Origin: a virus
Taxonomy: Duplodnaviria > Caudoviricetes
Reading direction: 5' to 3' (one strand)
Length of the DNA: 26,955 bases
IMG/VR virus record: IMGVR_UViG_3300044657_001121
Span: 1-26,955 of that record
In this document: piece by piece, positions 9,532 to 18,438 of the stretch
How the letters are laid out: every line of letters begins with the position of its first letter
Numbering within the stretch: position 1 is the first letter of the stretch
The notes under the pieces: generated by a model
What the model was told of the DNA's origin: nothing
Seen by the model: the letters and a program-made list of their open reading frames with translations, nothing else
Database searches by the model: none
Translations under genes and position numbers: made by a program

Positions 9532-11972
9532 CAGAGCGCAGCGGTGGGCCGGGTCTACGTTTGCCACCAGCAACCCCAACCGTTCCGATCATCCCGAACT
9601 ACGTGCTCACCGGCACGGGTTCAATTTCTCGCGCGCCACAGAACACGCTTGAAAACGTCAGTCGTGACGCCTACGAAACACGCTTAAACGTCGCCGCGAT
9701 TGACGAGCCGATACGTATTGTCTTTGGACGCGTGGCTTTGGGTGCGTCACTTGCTCGCGCATTAAAGTTGGGCAACAACGCGCTAATCATTCTCTTGTGG
9801 TGCCGTGGCGAAATCGACGCTATCGAATCCATCACAATGGGTGGCGTTGCGTTGCCTTCGGGCGCAACGGTTACGCACTACACCGGCACCGCTTCGCAAA
9901 CGGTAAACGCGTCAATGGTGACAGCGTTCGCGAGCATCGGCGTTACTTGGACAAACCCGCTCGCCGGACTAGCCTACAGCGTTGTAAATCTCCCGCCGAC
10001 AGATTCGTCGGGAAACCTTGTCAGCATTGGCGACTTCATTGCGACCGTTCGCGGCCTGAAGTGTTACGACCCGCGAGACGGCGCGCAGTCCTACGCATCG
10101 CCCGCTACGTGGCTGTACACCACTAACCCAACGCTGCACACGGCGCGCTTGCTGTACGACGATACGCTCGGCTTAGGGATGACGCCTACATCTGAATTCT
10201 GGGCAGACGTTACAACCAACGCGAACAACAACGACGTTGCGCTATCGGGCGGCGAGAAAACCCGCGAACTGAATCTGGCAATCGAAACGCAGCAACCCGC
10301 CGAAAGCTGGATTAAGGCAATGGGCGAATACGCCGGTTGTTTCGTAGTCCCCGAAGGCTCGATTTATCGACTGATTCCCGATGCAATCGGTTCAAGCGTT
10401 GCAACCATCGTTACTGACGACATTGTGGACGGCTCGTTTTCATGGGGCAAAAAGACCCAGCGCAACCGGCCTAACCTCGTCTTTATCCGCTACACCGATG
10501 GCGTCGGCGGCGTCCCGTCAATTGCTCCGCGTGGCTCCGATATTCCCGCTTTGCCGTCTGGCGAAAAGCGACGTGGCACCGTTGTTCCAATGCCGGGATT
10601 CATTAAGTATTCACAAGCGTTGCGCTACTCGATAGAGCGCCGCAACCACTTGTACCTTGAGGATTTAGAGCTAGAGCAAACGATTTTTGACCGTGGGCTT
10701 GCGCTGCAAATGGGCGACATCATCACCGTCACCTATGGCGCACTGTTTGCATCAAAGCTGATGCGCATCATGTCGATTGCGTTTGTGAGTGTTGGTCGCT
10801 GGCGTTTAAAGTTGGACGAATACGACCCCGCAAGCTACAGCACATTAGTTCAGACCGCTCCGACCTACGTAGACAGCGGGTTAGCGCTACCCACAGCACC
10901 GCCAAGCATTACGAACCTAGTCCTGACCGAAGAAGCCGTGAGCGTGGCCGCTGGCGCGTTGCCGTTGTCAAAGGTGCGCGCGTCGTGGACTGGCGTGACG
11001 TACCCGTTTTTTCAGTCGTACAAAGTTGTAATCACCAACAGCGCAGGCGTGGTGGTAGACGAGGGCACGACCACCAACACGACCTATCTATCGACTGCGC
11101 TGAACGCGTTTTCGACCTACACCGTGTCCGTGCGGGTGCTGTCGTCTGTTGCGCAAGGCGCTGCGGTCACGGGCACGATCACGCTGGTTTCTCTGGGGAT
11201 TGATTCACTTGCTACGGTGTGGTCTGGGGCGATTAGCGGCAGCCCGTCGGGTTGGTATTTCTACCTGACGGAGCAATACAAAATCTGGCCGGGTGACACC
11301 GCGATGCGGATACGTACCAGCGCGAGCAGTGAGCCGCTAGAGGCGACGGTTTACACCGGGCCAACTCAAGCCACACCGGGAATGCCGACGCAGCTTCTTG
11401 ATATAGGTTTTGTGTCAAGTTCATCGTACCCGGTTGCGCGGACACCAATTTTTGATATGGGCACAAGTCGCGCAGCCGTATTCGCTCTGTACGGCATTGC
11501 GCGGTGGGTCAATACGTACAGCACGACGATGTACATGGTCGCGGAGGTTTCAGACAGCGCGACCATGACTTATCCGACAAACGTTGGTTTTGGCGATAGG
11601 TTTTTAAGCGCTGGCCGGTATGTGCGCTTTGAGTTCAAGCCTTTAAGAAACAGCATAGGCAATGAAGCCGGTTTTTTCGCCGTCGAATTCGACCCCGGCG
11701 GCATCGCTGCGCTTATGCCCACGGTCACCGACACATTCAGCGCCAATTCAAGCGCCTCCGCTGGCGTGACGCTCACGCTGTCGCGCAAATACATCGTCGT
11801 CACTTCCATACAAATCACGCCGCTGTCGCTCACGTCCGCAGCCGCGAGCTACAGCAATCTAACCCTCTCAGAAACCCTCGACAACACAATGGTCTTGCAC
11901 TGCTACGACAGCACCGGCACGCGCATCGCCGTGCCTTGTTCCATCGCAATCACAGGAGTACCCGCCGAATGA
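9528..11972 (+). CDS. Tail tip / host-specificity protein (gpJ/Tal-like) with an FN3-like domain
   Basis: IRIVFGR, GEIDAIESI, VRGLKCYDPR, W.YTTNP.L, L.MGDII.V, L.EYD motifs; FN3-like SW...Y.V...Y.VSVR segment. Confidence 0.9.
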   Translation: MTERSGGPGLRLPPATPTVPIIPNYVLTGTGSISRAPQNTLENVSRDAYETRLNVAAIDEPIRIVFGRVALGASLARALKLGNNALIILLWCRGEIDAIESITMGGVALPSGATVTHYTGTASQTVNASMVTAFASIGVTWTNPLAGLAYSVVNLPPTDSSGNLVSIGDFIATVRGLKCYDPRDGAQSYASPATWLYTTNPTLHTARLLYDDTLGLGMTPTSEFWADVTTNANNNDVALSGGEKTRELNLAIETQQPAESWIKAMGEYAGCFVVPEGSIYRLIPDAIGSSVATIVTDDIVDGSFSWGKKTQRNRPNLVFIRYTDGVGGVPSIAPRGSDIPALPSGEKRRGTVVPMPGFIKYSQALRYSIERRNHLYLEDLELEQTIFDRGLALQMGDIITVTYGALFASKLMRIMSIAFVSVGRWRLKLDEYDPASYSTLVQTAPTYVDSGLALPTAPPSITNLVLTEEAVSVAAGALPLSKVRASWTGVTYPFFQSYKVVITNSAGVVVDEGTTTNTTYLSTALNAFSTYTVSVRVLSSVAQGAAVTGTITLVSLGIDSLATVWSGAISGSPSGWYFYLTEQYKIWPGDTAMRIRTSASSEPLEATVYTGPTQATPGMPTQLLDIGFVSSSSYPVARTPIFDMGTSRAAVFALYGIARWVNTYSTTMYMVAEVSDSATMTYPTNVGFGDRFLSAGRYVRFEFKPLRNSIGNEAGFFAVEFDPGGIAALMPTVTDTFSANSSASAGVTLTLSRKYIVVTSIQITPLSLTSAAASYSNLTLSETLDNTMVLHCYDSTGTRIAVPCSIAITGVPAE

Positions 11973-12394
11973 GTGGCTACACACAAAAGGCTTATCCGAA
12001 CGCTGGAAGCTATGGCGTATCGACCAACGCCGACAAAGTGCGCGAGCACACGCAAAACTTGCTTGAAATGGTCGGGCAGGGCGCAGGCGCGCCGGGCTTC
12101 GACATTCCCGTTTCCGGCGGCATGACCTACAGCGGCGGCAACTTGACCGGCGTATTGATGCAGGAATCCACCGCAAGCGCCGCAGCCGACGTGCCGTCAC
12201 GTTCTGGCGCGCAGCGCTACTACCTACGCCAAACGCTCACCTACACCAGCGGCAACCTCACGAAAGTGCGCTACGAAATCAGCTACGACAGCGGGTCGAC
12301 GTGGAGCAATTGGACAGACGCCGCAGGCAACAGCTACCAAAACCTAACCTACAACGCAAACGGCCTCGAATCGGTCATCTGGGGAGCCTCGTAA
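11969..12394 (+). CDS. Hypothetical tail-associated protein
   Basis: ATGA overlap with an AGGAG SD; repeated TYSGGNLT/TYTSGNLT/TYNANGL units. Confidence 0.6.
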   Translation: MSGYTQKAYPNAGSYGVSTNADKVREHTQNLLEMVGQGAGAPGFDIPVSGGMTYSGGNLTGVLMQESTASAAADVPSRSGAQRYYLRQTLTYTSGNLTKVRYEISYDSGSTWSNWTDAAGNSYQNLTYNANGLESVIWGAS

Positions 12395-13038
12395 TGGATG
12401 CAGCAACAACGGGCGCGCTACTCTCGAAAGTAAACGCCGTCACCAACCGTGGAGCACGGATAACCACAACCGGAACAGCAAATTACACGGCAACGATAAC
12501 CGGTTGGCATCTTGTGCGTGCGCAAGCGGGTGGCGGTGGCGGAAAAACGACCGTGGGGCAGCAAGGCGGGCAGGCGGGAATGTATGTAGAGATGCGCCAC
12601 TTTTTAACCGCTGGCGTGGCGTATTCATACACAGTGGGCAGCGGCGGTGTTGGCGGGTCAACGCCTACGGCGGGCGGTAATACGAGCTTCACTGGGCCGC
12701 ACATAACGCAGGTCGCCGTTGGCGGCGCTGGCGGTGGTTTCGGCTCTGCTGCGCGTTATGACGCCTCACCCGGAGCAGGGGCAGCGGCGCTTGACCAATC
12801 AGGCGTTATTGGCGGCGCAATGGGAGGCAATAACTCGGGGCCGGTGCAAGGCGGCTACTGCGGCGCGTTCCTAGGGGGGGCATCCACGGTCAGCGGCGGC
12901 GGTGGTGGCGCAAGTAAGTTCGCAGCAGGCGGCACAGTGAACACGGCGGGCACGCTTGGCTCTGGTGGTGGCGGCGGCGCAAGCGCAGGCGCAGGTGGCC
13001 CGGGCCTTATCGAAATCGAATATATCGGAACCAACTAA
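12394..13038 (+). CDS. Glycine-rich tail fibre/spike-associated protein
   Basis: TAATG coupling; AGGGGG..GG.AG, YTVG.GG.GG, GGNTSF and GG.GLIEIEY glycine-rich-domain motifs. Confidence 0.75.
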   Translation: MDAATTGALLSKVNAVTNRGARITTTGTANYTATITGWHLVRAQAGGGGGKTTVGQQGGQAGMYVEMRHFLTAGVAYSYTVGSGGVGGSTPTAGGNTSFTGPHITQVAVGGAGGGFGSAARYDASPGAGAAALDQSGVIGGAMGGNNSGPVQGGYCGAFLGGASTVSGGGGGASKFAAGGTVNTAGTLGSGGGGGASAGAGGPGLIEIEYIGTN

Positions 13039-13041
13039 GCA

Positions 13042-13230
13042 ATGCAAAAACAAGACTACATAGACGTTTTTAAGGTGCTGTCGATTAACGCTGCATCAAT
13101 CACGCTTGCGGGTGTGGAACAGTTTTTAGGCATCGTCGCGTTGTGCGTCTCCATCGGCTACACCTGCTGGAAATGGTACATGGGCTGGAAGCGTCACAAG
13201 CCCTTAGATACGGTCACGGGTGACAAATGA
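13042..13230 (+). CDS. Small membrane protein, putative holin/antiholin
   Basis: 62 aa with a hydrophobic helix followed by a basic WKWY..WKRHK tail; first gene of the lysis cassette. Confidence 0.6.
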   Translation: MQKQDYIDVFKVLSINAASITLAGVEQFLGIVALCVSIGYTCWKWYMGWKRHKPLDTVTGDK

Positions 13231-13448
13231 AACTAATCGAAAACTGGCGATCCGTAGTCGGGAAAAGCTGGGCATTTTGGCTGTCGATTCTCTCGGCGGC
13301 GCTGTCTGCGCTAGAGGTGTGGCTACCTATGGCGAACATCCTATTCCCGCCCAAAACGTTCGCAATTGCGTCTGGCGTTGTTGCCGTACTCGCTGCGGTT
13401 GCGCGCGTGGTTTATCAGGCGTCATTACATGAGGAGAAAAAAGCATGA
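13227..13448 (+). CDS. Putative holin (2 TM)
   Basis: MKLIENWR...KSW..WL N-terminus, two hydrophobic helices, ARVVYQ; precedes the endolysin. Confidence 0.75.
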   Translation: MKLIENWRSVVGKSWAFWLSILSAALSALEVWLPMANILFPPKTFAIASGVVAVLAAVARVVYQASLHEEKKA

Positions 13449-13888
13449 ACAAAAACACGATAGCTGCGGCGGTGGCGGCAAGTGTCGCAGCGCTAGCAGG
13501 TCTCTCGATTGATGACAAGCCGGAAGATGCAGGGCTGTCTGAATATCAAGGCCGCTGCGCTCACGCGTTGGCGCACTTCATCACGCAAATTCCAGCGATT
13601 GAAAACGGGCGATACGCCGTGACGTTTGGCGAGACATTCCGTAGTCAATCGGTGGCGATGGCCTATGCAAAACAAGGCATCGGAATCGCTAACTCGCTTC
13701 ATACAAAACGGCTCGCGGTAGACCTCAATTTATTTGACCGTGGGCGCTTTGTTGAATCCAGCGAAGGGCACAAACCACTAGCTGATTTGTGGCTGCAAAT
13801 CGGGTCGCATTTCGGCATCAAACCCGCCGCCGGGTACTACTTCAACGACGGCAATCATTATTCATGCCAATGGCAAGGAGTTAAGTAA
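13445..13888 (+). CDS. Endolysin, M15-family Zn peptidase (L-Ala-D-Glu peptidase-like)
   Basis: GETFRS..., SLH..RLAVDLNLF (SxHxxxxAxD) and DGNHYS (DxxH) motifs. Confidence 0.9.
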   Translation: MNKNTIAAAVAASVAALAGLSIDDKPEDAGLSEYQGRCAHALAHFITQIPAIENGRYAVTFGETFRSQSVAMAYAKQGIGIANSLHTKRLAVDLNLFDRGRFVESSEGHKPLADLWLQIGSHFGIKPAAGYYFNDGNHYSCQWQGVK

Positions 13889-13996
13889 ATGAGCTTTATT
13901 TTCGGTGTAGTAGTAGGCGCGACCGCGTGGCATTTCTTCGGCGCGATGGCGATTGAGTCGGTCAAGACCTTGCTCAAAAAGAAAGACGCGCCATGA
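13889..13996 (+). CDS. 35-aa small membrane protein (not in the ORF track)
   Basis: MSFIFGVVVGATAWHFFGAMAIESVKTLLKKKDAP; AAGGAG SD; ATGA overlap with the next gene. Confidence 0.6.
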   Translation: MSFIFGVVVGATAWHFFGAMAIESVKTLLKKKDAP

Positions 13997-14478
13997 CCGC
14001 GCTATTGGCGATTCTGACTAACCGTTACGTGCTGTATGTCGTTGGCTCGCTCGCGTTGATGACAGGCGGCTATTTCGCGTGGCAACACTACGTGGCAGAG
14101 CCGTATCGACAGCAGGGGCGCGTAGAGGTTCAAACCAAATTTGACGCCTACAAAACCAAAGTCACAGCCGCAGCGGAAGCCGCACAAAAAGCCGTTGACG
14201 TTTTGGCCGCGCAACACCTCGCCACGTCAAACGCAGCGAGTCGCAAATTCGACCGTCAGACCGTCGTTATCAACCAAACTACACAAGAGGCCAAACGTGT
14301 TATCGAAAGCGCTCCTATACCTGATTGCGTTCTGCCTGACGGGGTGCGCGACGCAATCAATACCGCCCGCCGTGGTGCTGCCGCCTCCGTTGGTGGTTCC
14401 TACGAGCCTCAAAGCGCCGTGCGCGAAACCGGAAGAGACGAACGGCAAGCTCGCGAACCTCGCGCAGCTGTCCGTTGA
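13993..14478 (+). CDS. Inner-membrane spanin (Rz-like)
   Basis: N-terminal TM, coiled-coil-like body, C.LPDG..DAIN near the C-terminus; follows the endolysin. Confidence 0.8.
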   Translation: MTALLAILTNRYVLYVVGSLALMTGGYFAWQHYVAEPYRQQGRVEVQTKFDAYKTKVTAAAEAAQKAVDVLAAQHLATSNAASRKFDRQTVVINQTTQEAKRVIESAPIPDCVLPDGVRDAINTARRGAAASVGGSYEPQSAVRETGRDERQAREPRAAVR

Positions 14479-14563
14479 CGACGCACGAAACCTAGCTGAT
14501 TGCGCCGCGAAACATGGCGCACTTGTAACCATCATTAACGATTATCAAGGTGGTAAACCATGA
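14297..14563 (+). CDS. Outer-membrane spanin lipoprotein (Rz1-like), overlapping Rz
   Basis: GTG start with a GAGG SD; signal peptide with LTGC lipobox; Pro-rich; CAAKH.AL C-terminus; +1 frame overlap. Confidence 0.8.
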   Translation: MLSKALLYLIAFCLTGCATQSIPPAVVLPPPLVVPTSLKAPCAKPEETNGKLANLAQLSVDDARNLADCAAKHGALVTIINDYQGGKP

Positions 14564-15246
14564 ACAGATTTTGTTTAATACTGATCGCGGCGGCGCTCCT
14601 TATTTCAGGCTGTGCAACTACTGACTCACGTCGAATCGACGCATGGAAAGCCGTGGCGCTGGAAGAACAGAAGTCAGAAGCGGCGAAGTGGAAAAGCCTC
14701 GAGGCGCTCGGTCAAGGTGCAGACCCGCACACGAAGGACAAGCTCGCAATGGCATGGATGGCCGCATCAATGTCTGGCGGGCAGAAGCAAGCCACGCCAA
14801 TGCCTGCTGAACCTGAATCGGCATTCGATAAGACGCTGCGAGCGTTGACCATCCTCGCGCCTATTGCCGGTCAAGTCGGCTTAGGGGTTGTTCAGTCTCA
14901 AGGCGCGGTCAAGATTGCCAAGTACACGACCGACGCAAATACACGCATCGCCGAAAGCCGAGACAAAGCCGAAACTGACCGCTTAATCGCAGCCGGAAAA
15001 GCTAACGTAGACATTGCCGGAAAGATTCAAGCACCACCCGGAACGAACATTCACATTGGCGGTGACGGCGTTGTAGGCGACGGCACAATCAACAAGCTGA
15101 ACCTTTGCCAAAACACCACCGGCACGGGCGGCAATGGCGGCAACAGCGCGCCGGGCGGTGCAGGTGGCGAGAATGGTTCGGGCGGCAACAATACGGCAGG
15201 CGCGGGCGCTCCTAGTGGTGCTGCGCCTTGTACGATTGCTAAGTAG
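14560..15246 (+). CDS. Lipoprotein of unknown function with a Gly-rich C-terminus
   Basis: MNRFCLILIAAALLISGC lipobox; ATGA overlap; last gene of the late operon. Confidence 0.75.
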   Translation: MNRFCLILIAAALLISGCATTDSRRIDAWKAVALEEQKSEAAKWKSLEALGQGADPHTKDKLAMAWMAASMSGGQKQATPMPAEPESAFDKTLRALTILAPIAGQVGLGVVQSQGAVKIAKYTTDANTRIAESRDKAETDRLIAAGKANVDIAGKIQAPPGTNIHIGGDGVVGDGTINKLNLCQNTTGTGGNGGNSAPGGAGGENGSGGNNTAGAGAPSGAAPCTIAK

Positions 15247-15436
15247 GCTCGCGCTGATTTATCGCGCCGCTTTGTTGCGGTTCAGCGTAGGCGCTCATCA
15301 TCAAGTTGTTTTCTTGATGCTGCCACGCCTCGCACTCGCAGACGTAACGACCCGCAGCGTGTGACGCCATACGGTCAAAGCCATGCGGCGCGCGCGGGTC
15401 ATCGCTGCAAAAAATCATTGAAACAACTTCAGCCAT
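15239..15436 (-). CDS. Hypothetical protein (His/Cys motif PHGF.R..SH..GRYVCEC)
   Basis: AGGAG SD; last gene of the leftward operon. Confidence 0.65.
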   Translation of the reverse strand: MAEVVSMIFCSDDPRAPHGFDRMASHAAGRYVCECEAWQHQENNLMMSAYAEPQQSGAINQREPT

Positions 15437-15471
15437 GCGTCATTCTCCTACAGGTGCGCGCTCGGTGCTCA

Positions 15472-15753
15472 TCAGTACAAATTCTCACTGTAGAGCTTCT
15501 TGTCATCACCGCCGCACCGATAGATGCGCTGACCGGCTGCGATGGCTACCGTTAGCGCTTCCTCTCGTGACATGAAAATGCCGTCTTGGTCGATGAAGCC
15601 TTGCTCAAACTTCGCGCTGAGTTTGACGTTGGCGAGTCGCATTTGCATGGTCATCGCGCTATCGAAGTGACGTGCGCCTAGAAACACCCATCCGGTCGTT
15701 GTTTCTTTGTTGGCTGCGCAAACCACGCGGCGCGGCTGTGTTGGCTCGGTCAT
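15472..15753 (-). CDS. Conserved phage hypothetical protein
   Basis: VVCAA..GARH.D..QGFIDQ.G.FMSREEA..LYSENLY pattern; coupled start. Confidence 0.75.
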   Translation of the reverse strand: MTEPTQPRRVVCAANKETTTGWVFLGARHFDSAMTMQMRLANVKLSAKFEQGFIDQDGIFMSREEALTVAIAAGQRIYRCGGDDKKLYSENLY

Positions 15754-15863
15754 TTTGACTGCACCTTTTTCTGCTCAGGATCGGGCATCCACTTGCGGTA
15801 GAACTCGTTCCAATACTTGCCCGGCGGTACGCGGAACGGCTTTCGCTCTGGTTGTGTGCTCAT
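15750..15863 (-). CDS. 37-aa hypothetical protein
   Basis: MSTQPERKPFRVPPGKYWNEF..; ATGA overlaps at both ends. Confidence 0.55.
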   Translation of the reverse strand: MSTQPERKPFRVPPGKYWNEFYRKWMPDPEQKKVQSK

Positions 15864-16087
15864 TTCAAATCATCCAAAGTGAAGGTTTCCGGCGCGCGCT
15901 TTCTTGGCGGGTTCAGGCCGATTGATGCGACGGCGAGCGTTAAAGCCAATACCGAATTAGCGCGAGAGCTTCCGCGCGGTCGCAGCCGTTCAAGCCGTGC
16001 CGCTTCCTCAGCTTCGCGCGCGTTGCGTTCAATGGCGAGCTTTTGGCGCTTTTCAAAGCTACCGCGTTTGTTGGCTTCGCCCATCAC
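15860..16087 (-). CDS. Hypothetical protein (MGEANKRG motif)
   Basis: Coupled ORF in the leftward operon. Confidence 0.6.
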   Translation of the reverse strand: MMGEANKRGSFEKRQKLAIERNAREAEEAARLERLRPRGSSRANSVLALTLAVASIGLNPPRKRAPETFTLDDLK

Positions 16088-16422
16088 GCACCGCCTTTCA
16101 TTGCGTCGTCGATTGCTCTATCTTCGTCTTTTTGATTCAAGGCCGCGCCGTAGCTGGAATAAAAACTCACAGACCATTGAACATCGGCTTTTGTCAAGCT
16201 GGAAAAGTTCTCGATGTGCCAGTTCTGCGCTTTCAAAAACCGATACCGTGCTGCGTCGGCCTCTTGCGCTGCGAGCTTGTCGGCTCGGATGTATTTCACA
16301 TCGTTGTCGTTTATTTGTTCGGCTTCCCATGTGACATCGTGGCAGTCCTTAAATGTGTCGCCCGGTTCAACGCCCTCAATCACGAGGTAAATTTCTTCCG
16401 GCGTGTCTTTGATGATGCTCAA
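16084..16422 (-). CDS. Hypothetical protein (PEEIYL..YIRAD..DAARYRFL modules)
   Basis: 4-bp overlaps; short motifs common in phage early accessory genes. Confidence 0.7.
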   Translation of the reverse strand: MSIIKDTPEEIYLVIEGVEPGDTFKDCHDVTWEAEQINDNDVKYIRADKLAAQEADAARYRFLKAQNWHIENFSSLTKADVQWSVSFYSSYGAALNQKDEDRAIDDAMKGGA

Positions 16423-16640
16423 TTAGTCTCTCCTAGTGCGGCTATGGTGGCAGCCGCGCGCCTCTTTACCCAATCCTCAAATTCTGTTCGTGGGCACGAT
16501 AGCTCAGCCCATTTGCGCGGATCAGAGTCAACGAAGAATTGAAACTGTTCCTTGCACGTTTCGACTTGCGCCCGCAACCGCGCGTTTTCCGCTTGCAGTG
16601 CTGCGGCTTGTTCGTCTGTTAGTACGGTGAAGTTGGTCAT
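16419..16640 (-). CDS. Hypothetical coiled-coil protein
   Basis: Coupled ORF. Confidence 0.65.
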   Translation of the reverse strand: MTNFTVLTDEQAAALQAENARLRAQVETCKEQFQFFVDSDPRKWAELSCPRTEFEDWVKRRAAATIAALGETN

Positions 16641-16900
16641 TGTTGCGACTTCTTTATCGCGTCGTATGTACGCACCAGGAAGTGCCAGTCGGCAAGCGAC
16701 AGCCGTTCCGTTGGAATTCGTCCGCTCGTTGATTTCACAAGATCAGCAAACGGCCGGATTGCGACCATAAGTTCAGCAATCCGCGTTGCCTGTTTAGCGA
16801 TGGTCGCTTGTGCCTCTTGCGCTGCGGACTGATAGCGCTTTGACGTGCTGGCGTCGTGCGCTGCTAGCTGCTCTGGCGTGAGCACGGTGAAGTCGGTCAT
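16637..16900 (-). CDS. Hypothetical protein
   Basis: Coupled ORF; N-terminus similar to the neighbouring gene. Confidence 0.65.
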   Translation of the reverse strand: MTDFTVLTPEQLAAHDASTSKRYQSAAQEAQATIAKQATRIAELMVAIRPFADLVKSTSGRIPTERLSLADWHFLVRTYDAIKKSQQ

Positions 16901-17166
16901 ACAGGCTCCAGCATCGACAGAACTTGCTGCTCGTGGTGGCGTTGGCAGGCCGCGCGCGCGGCTTCAATGCGGACGTTCTTTGCCAAAACGAGAAAAACAT
17001 AAGAGTTTGGTTTATGAAAATCCACGTCGCAAAACACCCGCTTACCTTGCGATGGTGAAATTTTGTACTCGCCAAACGCTGATTTGGCGCGCTCTAGATT
17101 GCGGTTGAAAACAGTCCACACCAACGGCTTAACGCGCAGCCCTACGGCTTCAAGGTTGATGCTCAT
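16897..17166 (-). CDS. Hypothetical protein (VKPLVW..ARAACQ.HHEQ motif)
   Basis: Coupled ORF with a recurrent phage early-gene motif. Confidence 0.7.
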   Translation of the reverse strand: MSINLEAVGLRVKPLVWTVFNRNLERAKSAFGEYKISPSQGKRVFCDVDFHKPNSYVFLVLAKNVRIEAARAACQRHHEQQVLSMLEPV

Positions 17167-17321
17167 GATTCGCTCCGTGGTGGTTGTGGCGTGTCGTCGT
17201 AAAGCCCGTTAGCCTGACCCCAATCAACTAGGTCTTGCAGGGCTTGCTCTTGCTCAGGCGTAGTAAACACTTCGATTCGCTCGCGCTTTTCTTGCGCTGC
17301 CTTGCGGTATTTGGCTTTCAT
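17163..17321 (-). CDS. 52-aa hypothetical protein
   Basis: MKAKYRKAAQEKRERIEVF..; exactly fills the gap, with an ATGA overlap. Confidence 0.55.
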   Translation of the reverse strand: MKAKYRKAAQEKRERIEVFTTPEQEQALQDLVDWGQANGLYDDTPQPPRSES

Positions 17322-17323
17322 GG

Positions 17324-17587
17324 CTAAAAAGGAATACTCGAATCGTCATCAAGCGGTGATTGATTTCTCGCGCGTGTCTGTGTAGCCGCTGGCGCGCTTG
17401 TCTTGCCAGCTTTGGCTCGGAAGCCGAACGAGAAGAACTTACCGTTCTTGCCTTCTTTTAACCATGCGTTCATGTAGTACAGCTTCCCGTCAACCATGCA
17501 CTCGCCTTGATAATCGGCGTGGTTTGGTTGCTCTTTGCGGTCGTTGCGAAAGAGGGTGCCGCTGTTGTCGCGTTGTTCGTAAGCCAT
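17324..17587 (-). CDS. Short single-stranded DNA-binding protein-like
   Basis: NSG.LF.ND.K...HADY.G..W.K motif and acidic SSB-type C-terminal tail DDDSSIPF; next to bet. Confidence 0.75.
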   Translation of the reverse strand: MAYEQRDNSGTLFRNDRKEQPNHADYQGECMVDGKLYYMNAWLKEGKNGKFFSFGFRAKAGKTSAPAATQTRARNQSPLDDDSSIPF

Positions 17588-17589
17588 GA

Positions 17590-18438
17590 TTAAGCCTCAG
17601 CCTTTTCTGTCTTGTCTGCGTTAAAGAATTTGGTGAACGCCGTTCGCACGTTCGACGGGAAACGCGAGCGAAACGCTACTTGCGTGTCACTATCGAAGCT
17701 GTCGCGCGTTTTTGCGTACAGGTCGTATGCGCCGCGTTGGTCGGTCTCGAATAGCGTCAAAATCGGCGCGGCCTCGCGGTTGAGCATGTCTTGCGTGTCT
17801 GCGTCTTGCTTTGCAAACTCTTGACCCGCAACACTGGTGCTTTCGACGTGCTCGCGGAATTCGCCGTCAATGGCCTTACCTTCCATCTCCTCAGCGGTAG
17901 GAAGCGCGCCAAGCTCTGGAAACGCAGCGCGTAGTGCTTGCGCCTGCGCACACTTCGCAAGCTGTCCACGAGGCCGTTTAGCCCACATAGCGTTCGGTGC
18001 GGTGGATTTATCTGCGCCGCCTTTGACGGCGTAGTTTTCAAGCCAGTATTCAATGGCGGTGAACTCTCCGATATGACCGCTCGCAAGCTGGCGGCGCACG
18101 GTAATCTTGCACCACTCAGGAAAGCTGAATTTCTGCTTGTCCAGCGTTTGCTCAATCGTTGGCCCGAATTCCGGCTCACTCATTCCGGCAAACTGTCCGG
18201 TACGATTTGCGCTGGTGCGATACAGGCCAATGCCCGGCATGATGACATCCTGCATGCACTTCAATTTGCCGTTCCACATCGGCACGATATGAACGGGTTT
18301 CTGCATCGGGTCAAGACCGGCGGCGCGGCAATAGCTCAAAACGAGCTTGATGCTGTTCGCGCTTGCTGTCGGGTACAGGCTAGAACCTAAAACCTCGACT
18401 AAACTATCTTCGTTGTGTGTTGCTAGTGCTGTGCTCAT
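17590..18438 (-). CDS. bet: Phage single-strand annealing recombinase Bet (RecT/Red-beta family)
   Basis: YC...GLDPM.KPVHIVP, GI.LYR..A.RTG, MWAKRPRGQLAKCA.AQALR.AFP..PTAEEM motifs. Confidence 0.92.
   Translation of the reverse strand: MSTALATHNEDSLVEVLGSSLYPTASANSIKLVLSYCRAAGLDPMQKPVHIVPMWNGKLKCMQDVIMPGIGLYRTSANRTGQFAGMSEPEFGPTIEQTLDKQKFSFPEWCKITVRRQLASGHIGEFTAIEYWLENYAVKGGADKSTAPNAMWAKRPRGQLAKCAQAQALRAAFPELGALPTAEEMEGKAIDGEFREHVESTSVAGQEFAKQDADTQDMLNREAAPILTLFETDQRGAYDLYAKTRDSFDSDTQVAFRSRFPSNVRTAFTKFFNADKTEKAEA

Noticed and set aside
9528-13038. Diversity-generating retroelement acting on tail genes
   Set aside because: No reverse transcriptase, and no template/variable repeat pair noticed in the window
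15852-16542. Plus-strand ORFs of 160 and 181 aa
   Set aside because: Antisense to a tightly coupled chain of minus-strand genes with 4-bp overlaps
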